Positions 35,458-44,606 of a stretch of DNA of 64,000 nucleotides are shown here, piece after piece (position 1 is the stretch's first letter; each line of letters opens with the position of its first letter). The position numbers and the translations under genes were made by a program. The stretch is from the NCBI GenBank assembly GCA_038801785.1, contig JAULTD010000002.1, positions 7,993-71,992 of the forward strand. The letters are read 5' to 3'. The DNA comes from Candidatus Methanomethylicaceae archaeon GD_Cm_T35_P0_bin.15. GTDB lineage: Archaea > Thermoproteota > Methanomethylicia > Methanomethylicales > Methanomethylicaceae. The notes under the pieces are model-generated. The model made no database searches, was not told where the DNA came from, and saw only the letters and a program-made list of their open reading frames with translations.

Positions 35458-36153
35458 ATGTCAGAGTCCAAATCCGAGCCAGAGTTAGTTCCACGTGCGC
35501 GGTACATCTTCCTGATGGCAGCCGTCCTTATCGCTGTCATAGGCGGCGGCTCCGCTGTGGGCTTTAGCTCCATAACTGGCACTTTCATGGAGAATGTCCA
35601 TAAACTCCAGAACTATATGGTGGGGAGGGAGGGGATGGAGTTCGACACAGACTCGGGTATAGCCAGGGTGAACCTGGGCATAGACATGAAAGGCCTGTAC
35701 AATGAGACGCACGGGCTGGTCTACTGGTTCATGGATGTCGAGGTTGCCCCGGGATCGACTGTTATCGACCTCATCCAGAACTCGAGCGTTGCGCAGAAAC
35801 GGCAGTACCGCATCTACAGCCTCACCAACTCATCGGAGTGGGTGGCGATCAACGATACTGGTGTGGGGAACTGGTTCTTTGACGTAGAGTACGGCGATAT
35901 TGGCGGCATGCGCTACATCTATGCAATTAACGGCACGGCCTCAGATCCCGGCAACATGAGGAACTGGATGGTGTTCGTCTGGGATCAACAGAACGGGAGA
36001 TTCTCATATCTCTCGATGCCTCCCGACGTCTACAGGCTCTCTGACCTCGAGACTGTCGTGCTGCTCTACGACCAGGTGAATATGCTGCCTGCCGACTGTT
36101 GCTCGGGGTTCGCATCTGAGTATCAGGAGTATGAAGGGGGACAGCCAACCTGA
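35458..36153 (+). CDS. membrane-anchored hypothetical protein, DUF4430-like C-terminal region
   Basis: 231 aa with an N-terminal TM (IFLMAAVLIAVIGGG). MRYIYAINGTASDPGNMRNWMVFVWD...LSDLETVVLLY resembles the DUF4430 pattern of the ORF at 45887. Confidence 0.45.
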   Translation: MSESKSEPELVPRARYIFLMAAVLIAVIGGGSAVGFSSITGTFMENVHKLQNYMVGREGMEFDTDSGIARVNLGIDMKGLYNETHGLVYWFMDVEVAPGSTVIDLIQNSSVAQKRQYRIYSLTNSSEWVAINDTGVGNWFFDVEYGDIGGMRYIYAINGTASDPGNMRNWMVFVWDQQNGRFSYLSMPPDVYRLSDLETVVLLYDQVNMLPADCCSGFASEYQEYEGGQPT

Positions 36154-36273
36154 GCCTCCCCGTCCGGGACACGGAGATAGCCGGACGTTGTCATGTGCAG
36201 GCTGACTGGCTCATCCCAGCGGGGACTGCCTGCACCAGACGCGGCCGTTACTTCAGATCTGCCACCGCTGCCG

Positions 36274-36582
36274 CTACTGGTGGGATATCTCCAGCCTCCG
36301 CCCTTCCAGTATAGCAGTAATCATCTTTACCTTGCCGCTCTCCACAAGGCGCCAGACCGTATTCCGGGAGATGCCCATCGAGAGGGCTGCCTCGCAGTAC
36401 GGGTAGCCTTCGAGTTCCACCAGCCTCAAGGCTTCAAACTCCGCCAAGTCGAGGGAGATTGGCGGACCGTTCCCTTCTGGCTCCGGCACCATTACCTCTG
36501 TTTTCGGCAGAGTGGATATGGCGACTGGCTTGGGGATGCGACCCAGCGCCCCCCTCCTGCACCTGCAGAACCTTTCATGCAT
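36274..36582 (-). CDS. DUF134 (UPF0251) putative DNA-binding protein
   Basis: 102 aa. LDLAEFEALRLVELEGYPYCEAALSMGISRNTVWRLVESGKVKMITAILEG matches the DUF134 sigma-70 region-4-like HTH pattern. Confidence 0.8.
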   Translation of the reverse strand: MHERFCRCRRGALGRIPKPVAISTLPKTEVMVPEPEGNGPPISLDLAEFEALRLVELEGYPYCEAALSMGISRNTVWRLVESGKVKMITAILEGRRLEISHQ

Positions 36583-36587
36583 ATGTG

Positions 36588-36637
36588 GGATATATCACAA
36601 AAGATATAAAACGGTAATTATAGGATATATCACAAAA
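36588..36637. promoter_or_regulatory. two perfect 15-nt direct repeats in the DUF134/DUF5320 divergent promoter region
   Basis: ggatatatcacaaaa occurs at 36588-36602 and at 36623-36637 (35-nt period), with gatataaaa between the copies. Confidence 0.5.
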
Positions 36638-36651
36638 AGGTGAGCAAACTG

Positions 36652-36963
36652 ATGCGGAATATGGGGTACCACGGGAAGCGCGGAGCGGATGAGCCGCCGC
36701 GCGGGATCTGCCGCTGCGGGCATGGACCGAATGCCTACAGATGTTGCTGCCACACGAGATCGGGGCCGAGGCAGGGCCTTTCTGAGGTGAGTTCGGAGTA
36801 TCTCCAGAACCTGAAGGCCGATCTCGAGAAGGAGCTGAGGATGGTTGAGGAGAAACTAGCTGAGATGAACAGGCGGGGTGGGCTGGTCGGCATCAGCAAT
36901 AGCGGGGGCGGTAGTGACAAGGGGGGTGCTGAAAACGGCGGTATCAGTGGCAGTAGTAGTTGA
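36652..36963 (+). CDS. DUF5320-like protein (Cys/Gly-rich N-terminus plus coiled coil)
   Basis: MRNMGYHGKRG...CRCGHGPNAYRCCCH, then LQNLKADLEKELRMVEEKLAEM. ATG 36652 has aaaaaggtga upstream. This gene type typically neighbours DUF134 and NifX-like genes. Confidence 0.55.
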   Translation: MRNMGYHGKRGADEPPRGICRCGHGPNAYRCCCHTRSGPRQGLSEVSSEYLQNLKADLEKELRMVEEKLAEMNRRGGLVGISNSGGGSDKGGAENGGISGSSS

Positions 36964-37420
36964 TGCTGACGGAAGGATAAGCAAGCACTTCGGCAGTGCA
37001 CCATATTATCTTATAGTAGATATTGATATTGAAGATGGCACGGTAAAGCGCCGGAGGAAGGTTCCCAAAGTAGGACACGGACAATGGTACGGGCGCCCCA
37101 ACTATCAATTGGAAGCGGGAGCGGGGCCCACTCCAGTGCCGGGTTCGGGGGCAAATATGGCACAGGTGTCAGATCGCAATGAATGGTGCCGAGGGGGAAG
37201 AGGCGGCGTCCACACGGGGGAGGGCTGGAAGCATGACTTGATGACCAATCCGATAGAAGGCTGTGCGGCCTTGATAGTCGGCGGGATGGGTATTGGCGCA
37301 TATGAGGCCATGATGGCCAAAGGAATAAAGCCCGTGCTTGTAGCCCTCGATGACGTCGAAGAGGCGCTCGCTACCTTCGTGAAGGATAAGCTGGAGAGCC
37401 ATATCGAACTCCTCCACTGA
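36926..37420 (+). CDS. NifX/NifB-C-terminal-type (dinitrogenase FeMo-cofactor-binding family) protein
   Basis: VAVVVDADGRISKHFGSAPYYLIVDI...ALIVGGMGIGAYEAMMAKGIKPV. Contains a ~60-aa insertion. GTG 36926 is likely; the track ORF opens at 36878 and overlaps the previous gene. Confidence 0.65.
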   Translation: MLKTAVSVAVVVDADGRISKHFGSAPYYLIVDIDIEDGTVKRRRKVPKVGHGQWYGRPNYQLEAGAGPTPVPGSGANMAQVSDRNEWCRGGRGGVHTGEGWKHDLMTNPIEGCAALIVGGMGIGAYEAMMAKGIKPVLVALDDVEEALATFVKDKLESHIELLH

Positions 37421-37435
37421 TCTGCATCCCTCGGG

Positions 37436-37460
37436 CTCATTTTTTCTTTTTTGCCCCTTT
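37436..37460 (+). terminator. oligo-T terminator (T6-C-T6)
   Basis: ctcattttttcttttttgcc lies directly after the stop at 37420. Confidence 0.55.
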
Positions 37461-37487
37461 TAACACGGCTTACGTCTGCAGATCGTG

Positions 37488-38063
37488 TCACTGAGCTACC
37501 GTTGCTCTTCTCCTTATTATCACAGAGTTGAGCACCGTGAGGCTAGGGATCAGAATCTCGTTTGTCTGCGTCTCGATGATCGTGTGCATTATCTCGATGC
37601 TCTTCACCTTTCCGGTATTCCCCGCCACTGTCACCTCGTCGTCCACCTTAAAAGGCCTGATTACCATCAGCAGGACCCCCGCCAGGGCATTGCCGAAGAC
37701 GGTCTGGGAAGCCAGGCCTGCCACGATCCCTGTGAAGGATCCCACGATCAGGGCGAACGACGGGTTGAGGCTAAGCACGGAGGTGAGGCTTGAGAGCAGT
37801 ATGACATAGCCGATTACCTTGATAAACGTCCGGACGGTAGTCGCCGTCTGCTTTGAGGCTGCTTTTGAGATCCTGTTGTATGCGATCGTGCTGAACGCCG
37901 AGACGATGATGTAGCCGCCCACCACTACAAAGGCCGCGTAGAAGTACTGGATGTACTCCGGCGTGATGTAGTTGAGCGAGTAGAGATACGACGTGAGGGC
38001 CGCCCCCCCGGCCAGAAAGGCGATCCCGCCGATGAGCTTGAAGCCCGGATATGACCCCTCCAT
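37488..38063 (-). CDS. small mechanosensitive channel (MscS-family) protein
   Basis: 191 aa with three N-terminal TMs, then VIRPFKVDDEVTVAGNTGKVKSIEIMHTIIETQTNEILIPSLTVLNSVI (MscS beta-domain pattern). Confidence 0.7.
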   Translation of the reverse strand: MEGSYPGFKLIGGIAFLAGGAALTSYLYSLNYITPEYIQYFYAAFVVVGGYIIVSAFSTIAYNRISKAASKQTATTVRTFIKVIGYVILLSSLTSVLSLNPSFALIVGSFTGIVAGLASQTVFGNALAGVLLMVIRPFKVDDEVTVAGNTGKVKSIEIMHTIIETQTNEILIPSLTVLNSVIIRRRATVAQ

Positions 38064-38104
38064 AGTCCCTTACCCGCTCACCTTCGTTGATGCGATGGTT
38101 CTGA

Positions 38105-38524
38105 TCAGGCTATGTAGCTCGGGCCCGGGCCAGTCTTGACCTCCCTCGCCGCCTGTGGGGCGATAGTGGGGAGAGGGAGCGGCGGGGGCACGTTGAGGGA
38201 ACGCGAGAGGATTACCCCCTCGACGAACGAGATGTTTGAGATCGACTGGAGTATCTGTGGCGGCAGGACCTTCTTCTCGTCGAAGGATCTCTTTATCTCT
38301 TCGAGCTCACCCTTCTCACCGGAGATCTTCACAGAGCCTTTGATCGTCAGGCTCGCGATCACCGGGTTGTAATTGACCACGAAGATGAATGTAAAGTCAA
38401 GTACATCCGTGTACGTCACCTTGGTTATGCTGATGTTAGTCGTAACCTGGAGGTTTACGGGGCCCTTGTCGAGTTCCAGCAGCTTCTCCCCAGTGATCTG
38501 GGTAAGGCTCACGTTTAGGTTCAT
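38105..38524 (-). CDS. hypothetical protein
   Basis: About 139 aa from MNLNVSLTQI. Beta-rich with a Pro-rich tail. No family recognised. Confidence 0.45.
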   Translation of the reverse strand: MNLNVSLTQITGEKLLELDKGPVNLQVTTNISITKVTYTDVLDFTFIFVVNYNPVIASLTIKGSVKISGEKGELEEIKRSFDEKKVLPPQILQSISNISFVEGVILSRSLNVPPPLPLPTIAPQAAREVKTGPGPSYIA

Positions 38525-38560
38525 ACCGAGGCACCATCCTACCAATTGGGTGACTGCTTT

Positions 38561-39670
38561 TTAAATTGTGCGTCTCCTCCAGCCGTACCTCCCGGTATCG
38601 TAGAAGGGCATGCCTGAAATGGTTGCGCGGCTCCCTCTCCCGCGGATATCGACCAGCACCTCGTCCCCCTCCGATATATCCGCCCTGGCGTAAGCCATGG
38701 CTATGGCCGCCCCGACCGTCGGGGAGTAGGTGCCGCTGGTCACTTCTCCGATCTCTCGGCCGCCCGTCGCCAACTTGAAACCCTTCCTGGGTATGGCCCT
38801 CTCAAGCATCCTTATCCCGATCCGGTGCCGCCCTCCCCTCCCTTTAGCCGCCTCAGAGCCCACCAACTTGAGCAGGGTCTCCCTTCCTATGAATGAATGC
38901 TTCTCGAGGCTGACTGCAAACCCCAGCCCCGCCTCGATCGGGTTGGTCGTCTCGTCCAGCTCGTTGCCGTAGAGCGGCATGCCCGCCTCTATCCTCAGCA
39001 CGTCCCTGGCGCCCAGGCCCACCGGTGCCGCCCCCTCCGCAATGATCCTGCCCCATACCTCCTCTGCCCCAGAGACCTCTTCGAAGATCATCTCAAAGCC
39101 GTCCTCCCCTGTATAGCCCGTCCTTGAGAGGAGCGCCTCCTCGCCGGCTACCTTCCCCTTGGCTGACCTGAACCTCCTGACCTTGGCAAGGTTGACCTCC
39201 GTGACCTTCTGCAGCACGGCCTGTGAGAGGGGCCCCTGGACGGCGATCATTATCGAACTATCCGTAAAGTCCGTTATCTCAGCATCGAAGCTCCCCCTGT
39301 TGGCCCTGAGCCACTCCATGTCCCTCCGCCTGTTCGCTGCGTTCCCTATGAAGATGAAGGAACTCCCGCTCTCCCTGATCATGATAAAATCCTCAATCGT
39401 CCCCCCCTCCTCGTTGCAGAGCATCGAGTACTTCGCCTGCAGGGGGGCTACTAGAGACGCATCCGCGGTGCCGACCTTGTTGAGCAGCCCCTCCGCGTCG
39501 GCTCCACTGACGCGGAGCCTGCACATGTGGCTGACGTCAAATATCCCGACCCCCTCCCTCACCGCCATGACCTCTGGGATTATCCCCTCATACCACAGCG
39601 GCATATCATATCCAGCGAATTCGACGATGTGGCCCTTTGAAGCATGGTATCCGTACAGGGGCGTCCTCAC
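38561..39670 (-). CDS. gcvT: glycine cleavage system aminomethyltransferase T
   Basis: 369 aa with TPLYGYHASKGHIVEFAGYDMPLWY, GIFDVSHM and SRTGYTGEDGFE. Confidence 0.9.
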   Translation of the reverse strand: MRTPLYGYHASKGHIVEFAGYDMPLWYEGIIPEVMAVREGVGIFDVSHMCRLRVSGADAEGLLNKVGTADASLVAPLQAKYSMLCNEEGGTIEDFIMIRESGSSFIFIGNAANRRRDMEWLRANRGSFDAEITDFTDSSIMIAVQGPLSQAVLQKVTEVNLAKVRRFRSAKGKVAGEEALLSRTGYTGEDGFEMIFEEVSGAEEVWGRIIAEGAAPVGLGARDVLRIEAGMPLYGNELDETTNPIEAGLGFAVSLEKHSFIGRETLLKLVGSEAAKGRGGRHRIGIRMLERAIPRKGFKLATGGREIGEVTSGTYSPTVGAAIAMAYARADISEGDEVLVDIRGRGSRATISGMPFYDTGRYGWRRRTI

Positions 39671-39740
39671 CTCCCGCCCGCCTCCTCTCCCGATCTTCTT
39701 TCACATGTACTGTTAGAGATATGCATCGGTAGAATATAAA

Positions 39741-39814
39741 GTGAAAGTGAAAGTGAAAGGGGAACGAAAACGGGAACGGAACGGGAACGGAGCGGGAACG
39801 AGGGAACGGGAAAG
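39741..39814. repeat. microsatellite block: (gtgaaa)x3 followed by ~7 degenerate gggaacg units
   Basis: gtgaaagtgaaagtgaaaggggaacgaaaacgggaacggaacgggaacggagcgggaacgagggaacgggaaag lies between the moeA stop and the gcvT start (both minus strand). Confidence 0.85.
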
Positions 39815-39896
39815 ATTAATGGAAAGGGCTATAGAAGTACCAACAGGCGGTCGGAGGGCAGCGGAAGGGGAGGAGAGCGGCCGTGCCCGGCTCCCG

Positions 39897-41843
39897 TCAT
39901 ATGCTGTACCCCGGGAGTGACTTCAGCGCCTCCCTGAAATCATCCGACCTCAGGTACTCCAAGAATGCCTTCACCGGACGCTTCTCCCTGCTGCGTGGGT
40001 TTATTATGAAATCATACTCCTCTTCCGCGAGCGGGATGAAGTCCAGCCCATAGGCAGCGGCGGCGCTCTTCACACCTACGCCGGCGTCAGCCCTTCCCTG
40101 GCTGACTGCCGCGGCAACCGCCGAATGGGTCTTCGCCTCGAACCTGTACCCGCTGATCCCCCTGGTGAGGTCTCCCAGGCCCACCCCCTCAGCCTCCGCG
40201 ATCTCCCTGAAAAAGTGGTCGATGAGAGCCCTCGTGCCGGATCCCCTGTTCCTGTTCACCATCACGACGCCCTCCCTCAGGAGGTCTGCCATGCCGGTAA
40301 TCCGCTTGGGGTTGCCCTTCCTTACTATGATGCCCTGCAACCTCCTGTATCCCTTGACAAGGCTCTCCGGCGGGAGCCCGGCGTCCTTCACGAAGGTTCG
40401 GTTGTACTGGAGCGTCTCCTCGTCGAGAAGGTGCACCCCCGCGATGTCTGCCTCGCCCCTGGCTATGGCGTTGAGCCCCCCGAGAGATCCCACGTTCGCG
40501 GTCTTCGCCCTTATCCCCCCCCTCTCGAAAGCGATCTTGAGGAGGATGTCGAGGCCGGGGCAGTGGCTTCCCATAACAGTGAGGTCCGGGATCTCCTTCT
40601 CGAAGAGGTTGACCTCCACCACCTCCCCTGCGTCAAGGAATTCCGTCCCCTCACCCACTACAGTATAGCCGTCTGCCCTGGCCAGCGTCGCGATCGCTCC
40701 CGAGCTGGCGAAGATCGGGTATACGCTGGCCTCTCCCCCTTCAGTCCTGAGGACGTGCACCGGCAGGAACCACCTCCTGCCCTTAGCGCTGTTGACCCTC
40801 AGCGAGAGCCTCCCCCTCAGGGTGCTGCCGGTCCTCCGGGGCCTCCTCCCGAGCCTCTCGAGGTAAGGTCTCACTAGCTGGTCAAATATGATCAGCGCCG
40901 AGACCGGGTATCCCGGAAGCCCGAAGACCGGCTTGCCACCGTCCGCCGCCACGACCGTGGGCTTGCCGGGCTTGACGTTCAGCCCGTGGACGAGGATGCC
41001 CGGGTCCATGCTGCCGAGCACTTTATAGACGAGATCCCCCGCACCGGCCGAGGTGCCGCCGGAGACGAGGACTACATCACACTCACGCACCGCCCCCTCG
41101 ATCGCGTCCTTGGTGGACCGGAAGTCGTCCTTGACCCTTCCCAGGCGCCGCGCAACTCCCCCTGCCTCCGCAACGGCCGCCTCCAGTGCGGGCGAGTTCG
41201 CGTCATATATCCTGCCCAGCGAGAGGGCCTCCCCCGCGTCCACCAGCTCATTTCCGGTCGAGATTATCCCCACCAGCGGCCTCCTCACAACCACGACCTC
41301 GCCGATCCCTGCCGCCGCAAGCATCCCGATCTCCCTGGTCCCGAGCAGCACCCCCTCCCGCAGCACCATCTCGCCGATCTGGACATCCGACCCTGTGGAG
41401 GAGACGTTCTCCCCGGGAGTGACGCTCCTGAAGATCATGACGCTCCCGCCGCCTCCCGCCTCCGTATACTCGACCATGACCACCGCGTCAGCCCCCCTCG
41501 GCATGGGGGCCCCGGTGGCTATCTCGGCGCACTCGCCCCTGCCTACCGCGCCCGGCCTCTCCTCGCCGGCACCTATCCTGCCGACAACTTTCAGCCTCAC
41601 CGGGGCCTGATCAGAGGCGCCTTCCAGATCCGCCGATGCTACAGCGTAGCCGTCCATCTCTGCCCTGTCGAAGGGCGGAAGGTCCACTCTCGAGAAGACG
41701 CTCTCTGCGAGCACCCTCCCCTCAGCGCAGTTCAGGCCGATCCTCTCGCAGCCCGTCTCAGCCCTCGCGTTCCTGAGGAGCGCCTCGGAGGCCTCCTCAA
41801 TGGTGAGCAGCCTGTGGAATATCTTCCGGGGCCCTTCAGCCAA
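39897..41843 (-). CDS. moeA: molybdopterin molybdotransferase MoeA fused to a C-terminal periplasmic-binding-protein-like domain
   Basis: 648 aa. MoeA N, MPT-binding (VLVSGGTSAGAGD) and C domains, then a ~220-aa PBP-like domain (VGSLGGLNAIARGEADIAGVHL). Confidence 0.85.
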   Translation of the reverse strand: MAEGPRKIFHRLLTIEEASEALLRNARAETGCERIGLNCAEGRVLAESVFSRVDLPPFDRAEMDGYAVASADLEGASDQAPVRLKVVGRIGAGEERPGAVGRGECAEIATGAPMPRGADAVVMVEYTEAGGGGSVMIFRSVTPGENVSSTGSDVQIGEMVLREGVLLGTREIGMLAAAGIGEVVVVRRPLVGIISTGNELVDAGEALSLGRIYDANSPALEAAVAEAGGVARRLGRVKDDFRSTKDAIEGAVRECDVVLVSGGTSAGAGDLVYKVLGSMDPGILVHGLNVKPGKPTVVAADGGKPVFGLPGYPVSALIIFDQLVRPYLERLGRRPRRTGSTLRGRLSLRVNSAKGRRWFLPVHVLRTEGGEASVYPIFASSGAIATLARADGYTVVGEGTEFLDAGEVVEVNLFEKEIPDLTVMGSHCPGLDILLKIAFERGGIRAKTANVGSLGGLNAIARGEADIAGVHLLDEETLQYNRTFVKDAGLPPESLVKGYRRLQGIIVRKGNPKRITGMADLLREGVVMVNRNRGSGTRALIDHFFREIAEAEGVGLGDLTRGISGYRFEAKTHSAVAAAVSQGRADAGVGVKSAAAAYGLDFIPLAEEEYDFIINPRSREKRPVKAFLEYLRSDDFREALKSLPGYSI

Positions 41844-43260
41844 ACCTCTTGCCTCCTAGCATCTCGACGTCCACCTCTTCCCCCTCCTCGACCCCCTCGA
41901 GGTCTTCCCGTATGACCACGACGCCGTCAGCCCTAGTTATCGACGAGAGGAGCCCAGAGCCGGTAAGGGCTATCGGTACAGCGAACAGCCTCCCATCCCT
42001 CCTCTCTAGGGTAACCCTGAGGAAGTGCCTAATGCCGGGAGCGGTTGGGACCCTCCTGCTCATAACCGCCCTCACCCTCTCACGCTTGGATGGCTCGATG
42101 CCCAGCCATCTGCAGAGGAGCGGCTGGACAAGGTTCTCGTATCCGATCAGCGCCGAGACCGGATATCCGGGAAGGAGGAATACCGGTTTGCCGCCCGAGA
42201 CGGCAAAACCTGCCGGCTTGCCGGGCTTCGCCGCTATTCCATGGAAAATTATGCCGGGCGAACCCGCAGAGCCCAGCGCCTCAGGGACGAGGTCCCTGCC
42301 GCCTATAGATGTGCCTCCTATGGTTATTACTGCGTCCGACTGGCCCCTGAGCTGCAGGATCTTCGAAGCGATCTCATAGAGGTCGTCTGCTACGATCCCG
42401 CCGTCGATGACTGTACACCCCAGCTCCCTGACGAGCCCTGAGACCATCGGTCTGGTGGAATCGATCAGCCGCCCGCCCCTTCCAGTCCCAGCTGGTGCGG
42501 CCGCTCTCGTGCCCGCATCAGCCTCGGTATCAGCGTCCGCACCAGTATCGGCATCAGCACCCGCGTCCACGTCTAGGAGTTCCGCCCCGGTCGAGAAGAT
42601 CCCGACCGTGGGCCTCCTCCTGACCACCACATCCCTCCGGCCTATCGATGCAAGCACTCCGATGTGCCACGGCCTGAGGAGGGTGCCCCTCCCCAGTACG
42701 ACCTCGCCTGCACGTATGTCCTCTCCCTTCAGGGAGATGTTGGCCAGCTTCGGGACCGGTCTGCAGACATAGAGCGTGGAGCCGACGAGGTCCGTGTCCT
42801 CTGCCATCACCACCGAGTCGAAGCTGGGCGGGACCGGGGCGCCTGTATATATCCTGAGCGCCCCCCTCCCCTCCGCTGCCTTCCGCCTTTGCCCCGATCC
42901 TCCAGCCTCCCAAGAACCGCCCGCCTCGACGGTCCCCACGACTGTGAAGACAGCCGGGCTGGACCGGCTCGATCCGTAGGTCTCCTCAGATCTCACGGCA
43001 TAGCCGTCCACTGCAGACCTGTCAAAGGGAGGTACATCCACCGCGGAGATGACGTCCTCATCGAGGACCCGCCCCCACGCTTCCTTCACCGGGGCCCTCT
43101 CCGAGCCGATGCTCTCGCCGGAGTGGCTCATGATAAGCCTAAGGGCTTCATCTATACCCGTCAGCCTGCTGAATCCCTTCATCCGCCTCAAGCCCATCCC
43201 CGACCACGAGGATACTTTACCCCGTATGGGCATTATGAAGTTTTGTTCTGTGCCATCCAT
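41836..43260 (-). CDS. moeA: molybdopterin molybdotransferase MoeA (paralog 2) with low-complexity insertion
   Basis: 474 aa; the start may be the internal MKGFSRL at 43182. MoeA motifs (PPFDRSAVDGYAV, ITIGGTSIGGRD). Insert DAGADADTGADADTEADAG. 8-nt overlap with the downstream moeA. Confidence 0.85.
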   Translation of the reverse strand: MDGTEQNFIMPIRGKVSSWSGMGLRRMKGFSRLTGIDEALRLIMSHSGESIGSERAPVKEAWGRVLDEDVISAVDVPPFDRSAVDGYAVRSEETYGSSRSSPAVFTVVGTVEAGGSWEAGGSGQRRKAAEGRGALRIYTGAPVPPSFDSVVMAEDTDLVGSTLYVCRPVPKLANISLKGEDIRAGEVVLGRGTLLRPWHIGVLASIGRRDVVVRRRPTVGIFSTGAELLDVDAGADADTGADADTEADAGTRAAAPAGTGRGGRLIDSTRPMVSGLVRELGCTVIDGGIVADDLYEIASKILQLRGQSDAVITIGGTSIGGRDLVPEALGSAGSPGIIFHGIAAKPGKPAGFAVSGGKPVFLLPGYPVSALIGYENLVQPLLCRWLGIEPSKRERVRAVMSRRVPTAPGIRHFLRVTLERRDGRLFAVPIALTGSGLLSSITRADGVVVIREDLEGVEEGEEVDVEMLGGKRFG

Positions 43261-43274
43261 GCTGCCAATCTAGG

Positions 43275-44606
43275 CTACTGCTGTGCCTTCGTCAGAGTAA
43301 CGCCGCCTATTATCATGGCAGGGAGGAAGACCGGCGTCCTCACCTCCCACCACTTGACCCAGCCCCTCTCCCTGCAGACGGCCTTCACCGACTGGAACAT
43401 CCTGAGGAGGTTGTCGCTTATCCTCACCCCCCTCAGCGGCCCCCTTATCTCCCCGCCCTCGACCAGGAAGACACCGTCCCTACAGATGGTCGAAAAGTCC
43501 CCCGTCCTGTAGTTCTGGAAGCGGGTGTACCAGTTGCTCACCACGTAGACGCCGCTCCCCAGCTCTTCCAGCGCTTCGTCGAAGGGGAGGGATCCGCCCT
43601 CTACCACCAGGCTCCAGGGGGACGGCGCTACCCACCCGGCGTTTCCCGTGGTCTCTGTCTTGAACCTGCGGGCCGTCGAGGAGTTGTGGAGGTATGTCTC
43701 CAGTACCCCCCTGCTGAAGAGGCGGTTCCTCCGGGTGGGCGTTCCCTCGTCATCGAACGACCTGGCGGAGAGCGACCTCTCGTCGGAACCGTCATCATAA
43801 ACGGTGACGAGGTCTGAGAGCACCTTCGTACCCAGCCTGTCTGCGAGGCAGGAGGTCCCCGCCTCCACCGAGAATGCCGAGCAGCTACCGCCGAGCCTCT
43901 CGATCAGGTTTGCACAGACTATGGGGCCCAGGAGGACGTCTCGCCTCCCCTCGAGCCAAGGTATCGGGTCTCCTGCCCCTGCCCTCACGATCCTCCCCGC
44001 CTCCGAGCCCGCCTCTTCCGCCCTGACATCCGAGATGCGGGTTCCGCAACTCAGCCCCTGACCCGACGCATCGCCCCTGAAAGCCCGGACGTTGAGCTCG
44101 AACGACGATCGTTCGTCATACCCTTCGGATCCGCTGCTGCTGAGGAGCGCATAGCGCCTCACACCTACGGTGAATATGCCCGCGGCCCTCTCTGCCCCCT
44201 CCCTCAGCGCCGCGTCGATCGCCTCTTCCGCCCCTCGGGCAGCAGCGTCCCCGTCAGTAGTCCCTTCCAGGAGGGTTCTGTCGGCGTACCTGACGGCGGG
44301 CAGCGGGGGCGCCACCTCGCTCTCCCTCACGAAGGCCGCCTCCTTCGCCATCCGGTCGGCCGTCCTAGTTATGGATCCTTCCGACAGATCCTCAAAGCTG
44401 CTGATGATCCTTCTGCCGGCGAACTTTGCAAGGGCGCTGGCGTCAGTCACGCTCCAGCTCTGCACCACCGTGACCTGGTTGTTGCTGAACCTCACCATGA
44501 GGATGTCCATGTTCGCCGGGAGGACTATCACCTCCTCGGCCCCCCTCCTCTCAAGCTCCTTCAGGATCCTCCCGCCGAACTCGAAGAGCCCGTCCTTCAT
44601 GCTCAT
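43275..44606 (-). CDS. TldD/PmbA family metallopeptidase-like protein
   Basis: 443 aa. C-terminal TGNAGW...VSNWYTRFQN...GDFSTICRDGVFLVEGGEI is typical of PmbA/TldD. Confidence 0.8.
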   Translation of the reverse strand: MSMKDGLFEFGGRILKELERRGAEEVIVLPANMDILMVRFSNNQVTVVQSWSVTDASALAKFAGRRIISSFEDLSEGSITRTADRMAKEAAFVRESEVAPPLPAVRYADRTLLEGTTDGDAAARGAEEAIDAALREGAERAAGIFTVGVRRYALLSSSGSEGYDERSSFELNVRAFRGDASGQGLSCGTRISDVRAEEAGSEAGRIVRAGAGDPIPWLEGRRDVLLGPIVCANLIERLGGSCSAFSVEAGTSCLADRLGTKVLSDLVTVYDDGSDERSLSARSFDDEGTPTRRNRLFSRGVLETYLHNSSTARRFKTETTGNAGWVAPSPWSLVVEGGSLPFDEALEELGSGVYVVSNWYTRFQNYRTGDFSTICRDGVFLVEGGEIRGPLRGVRISDNLLRMFQSVKAVCRERGWVKWWEVRTPVFLPAMIIGGVTLTKAQQ

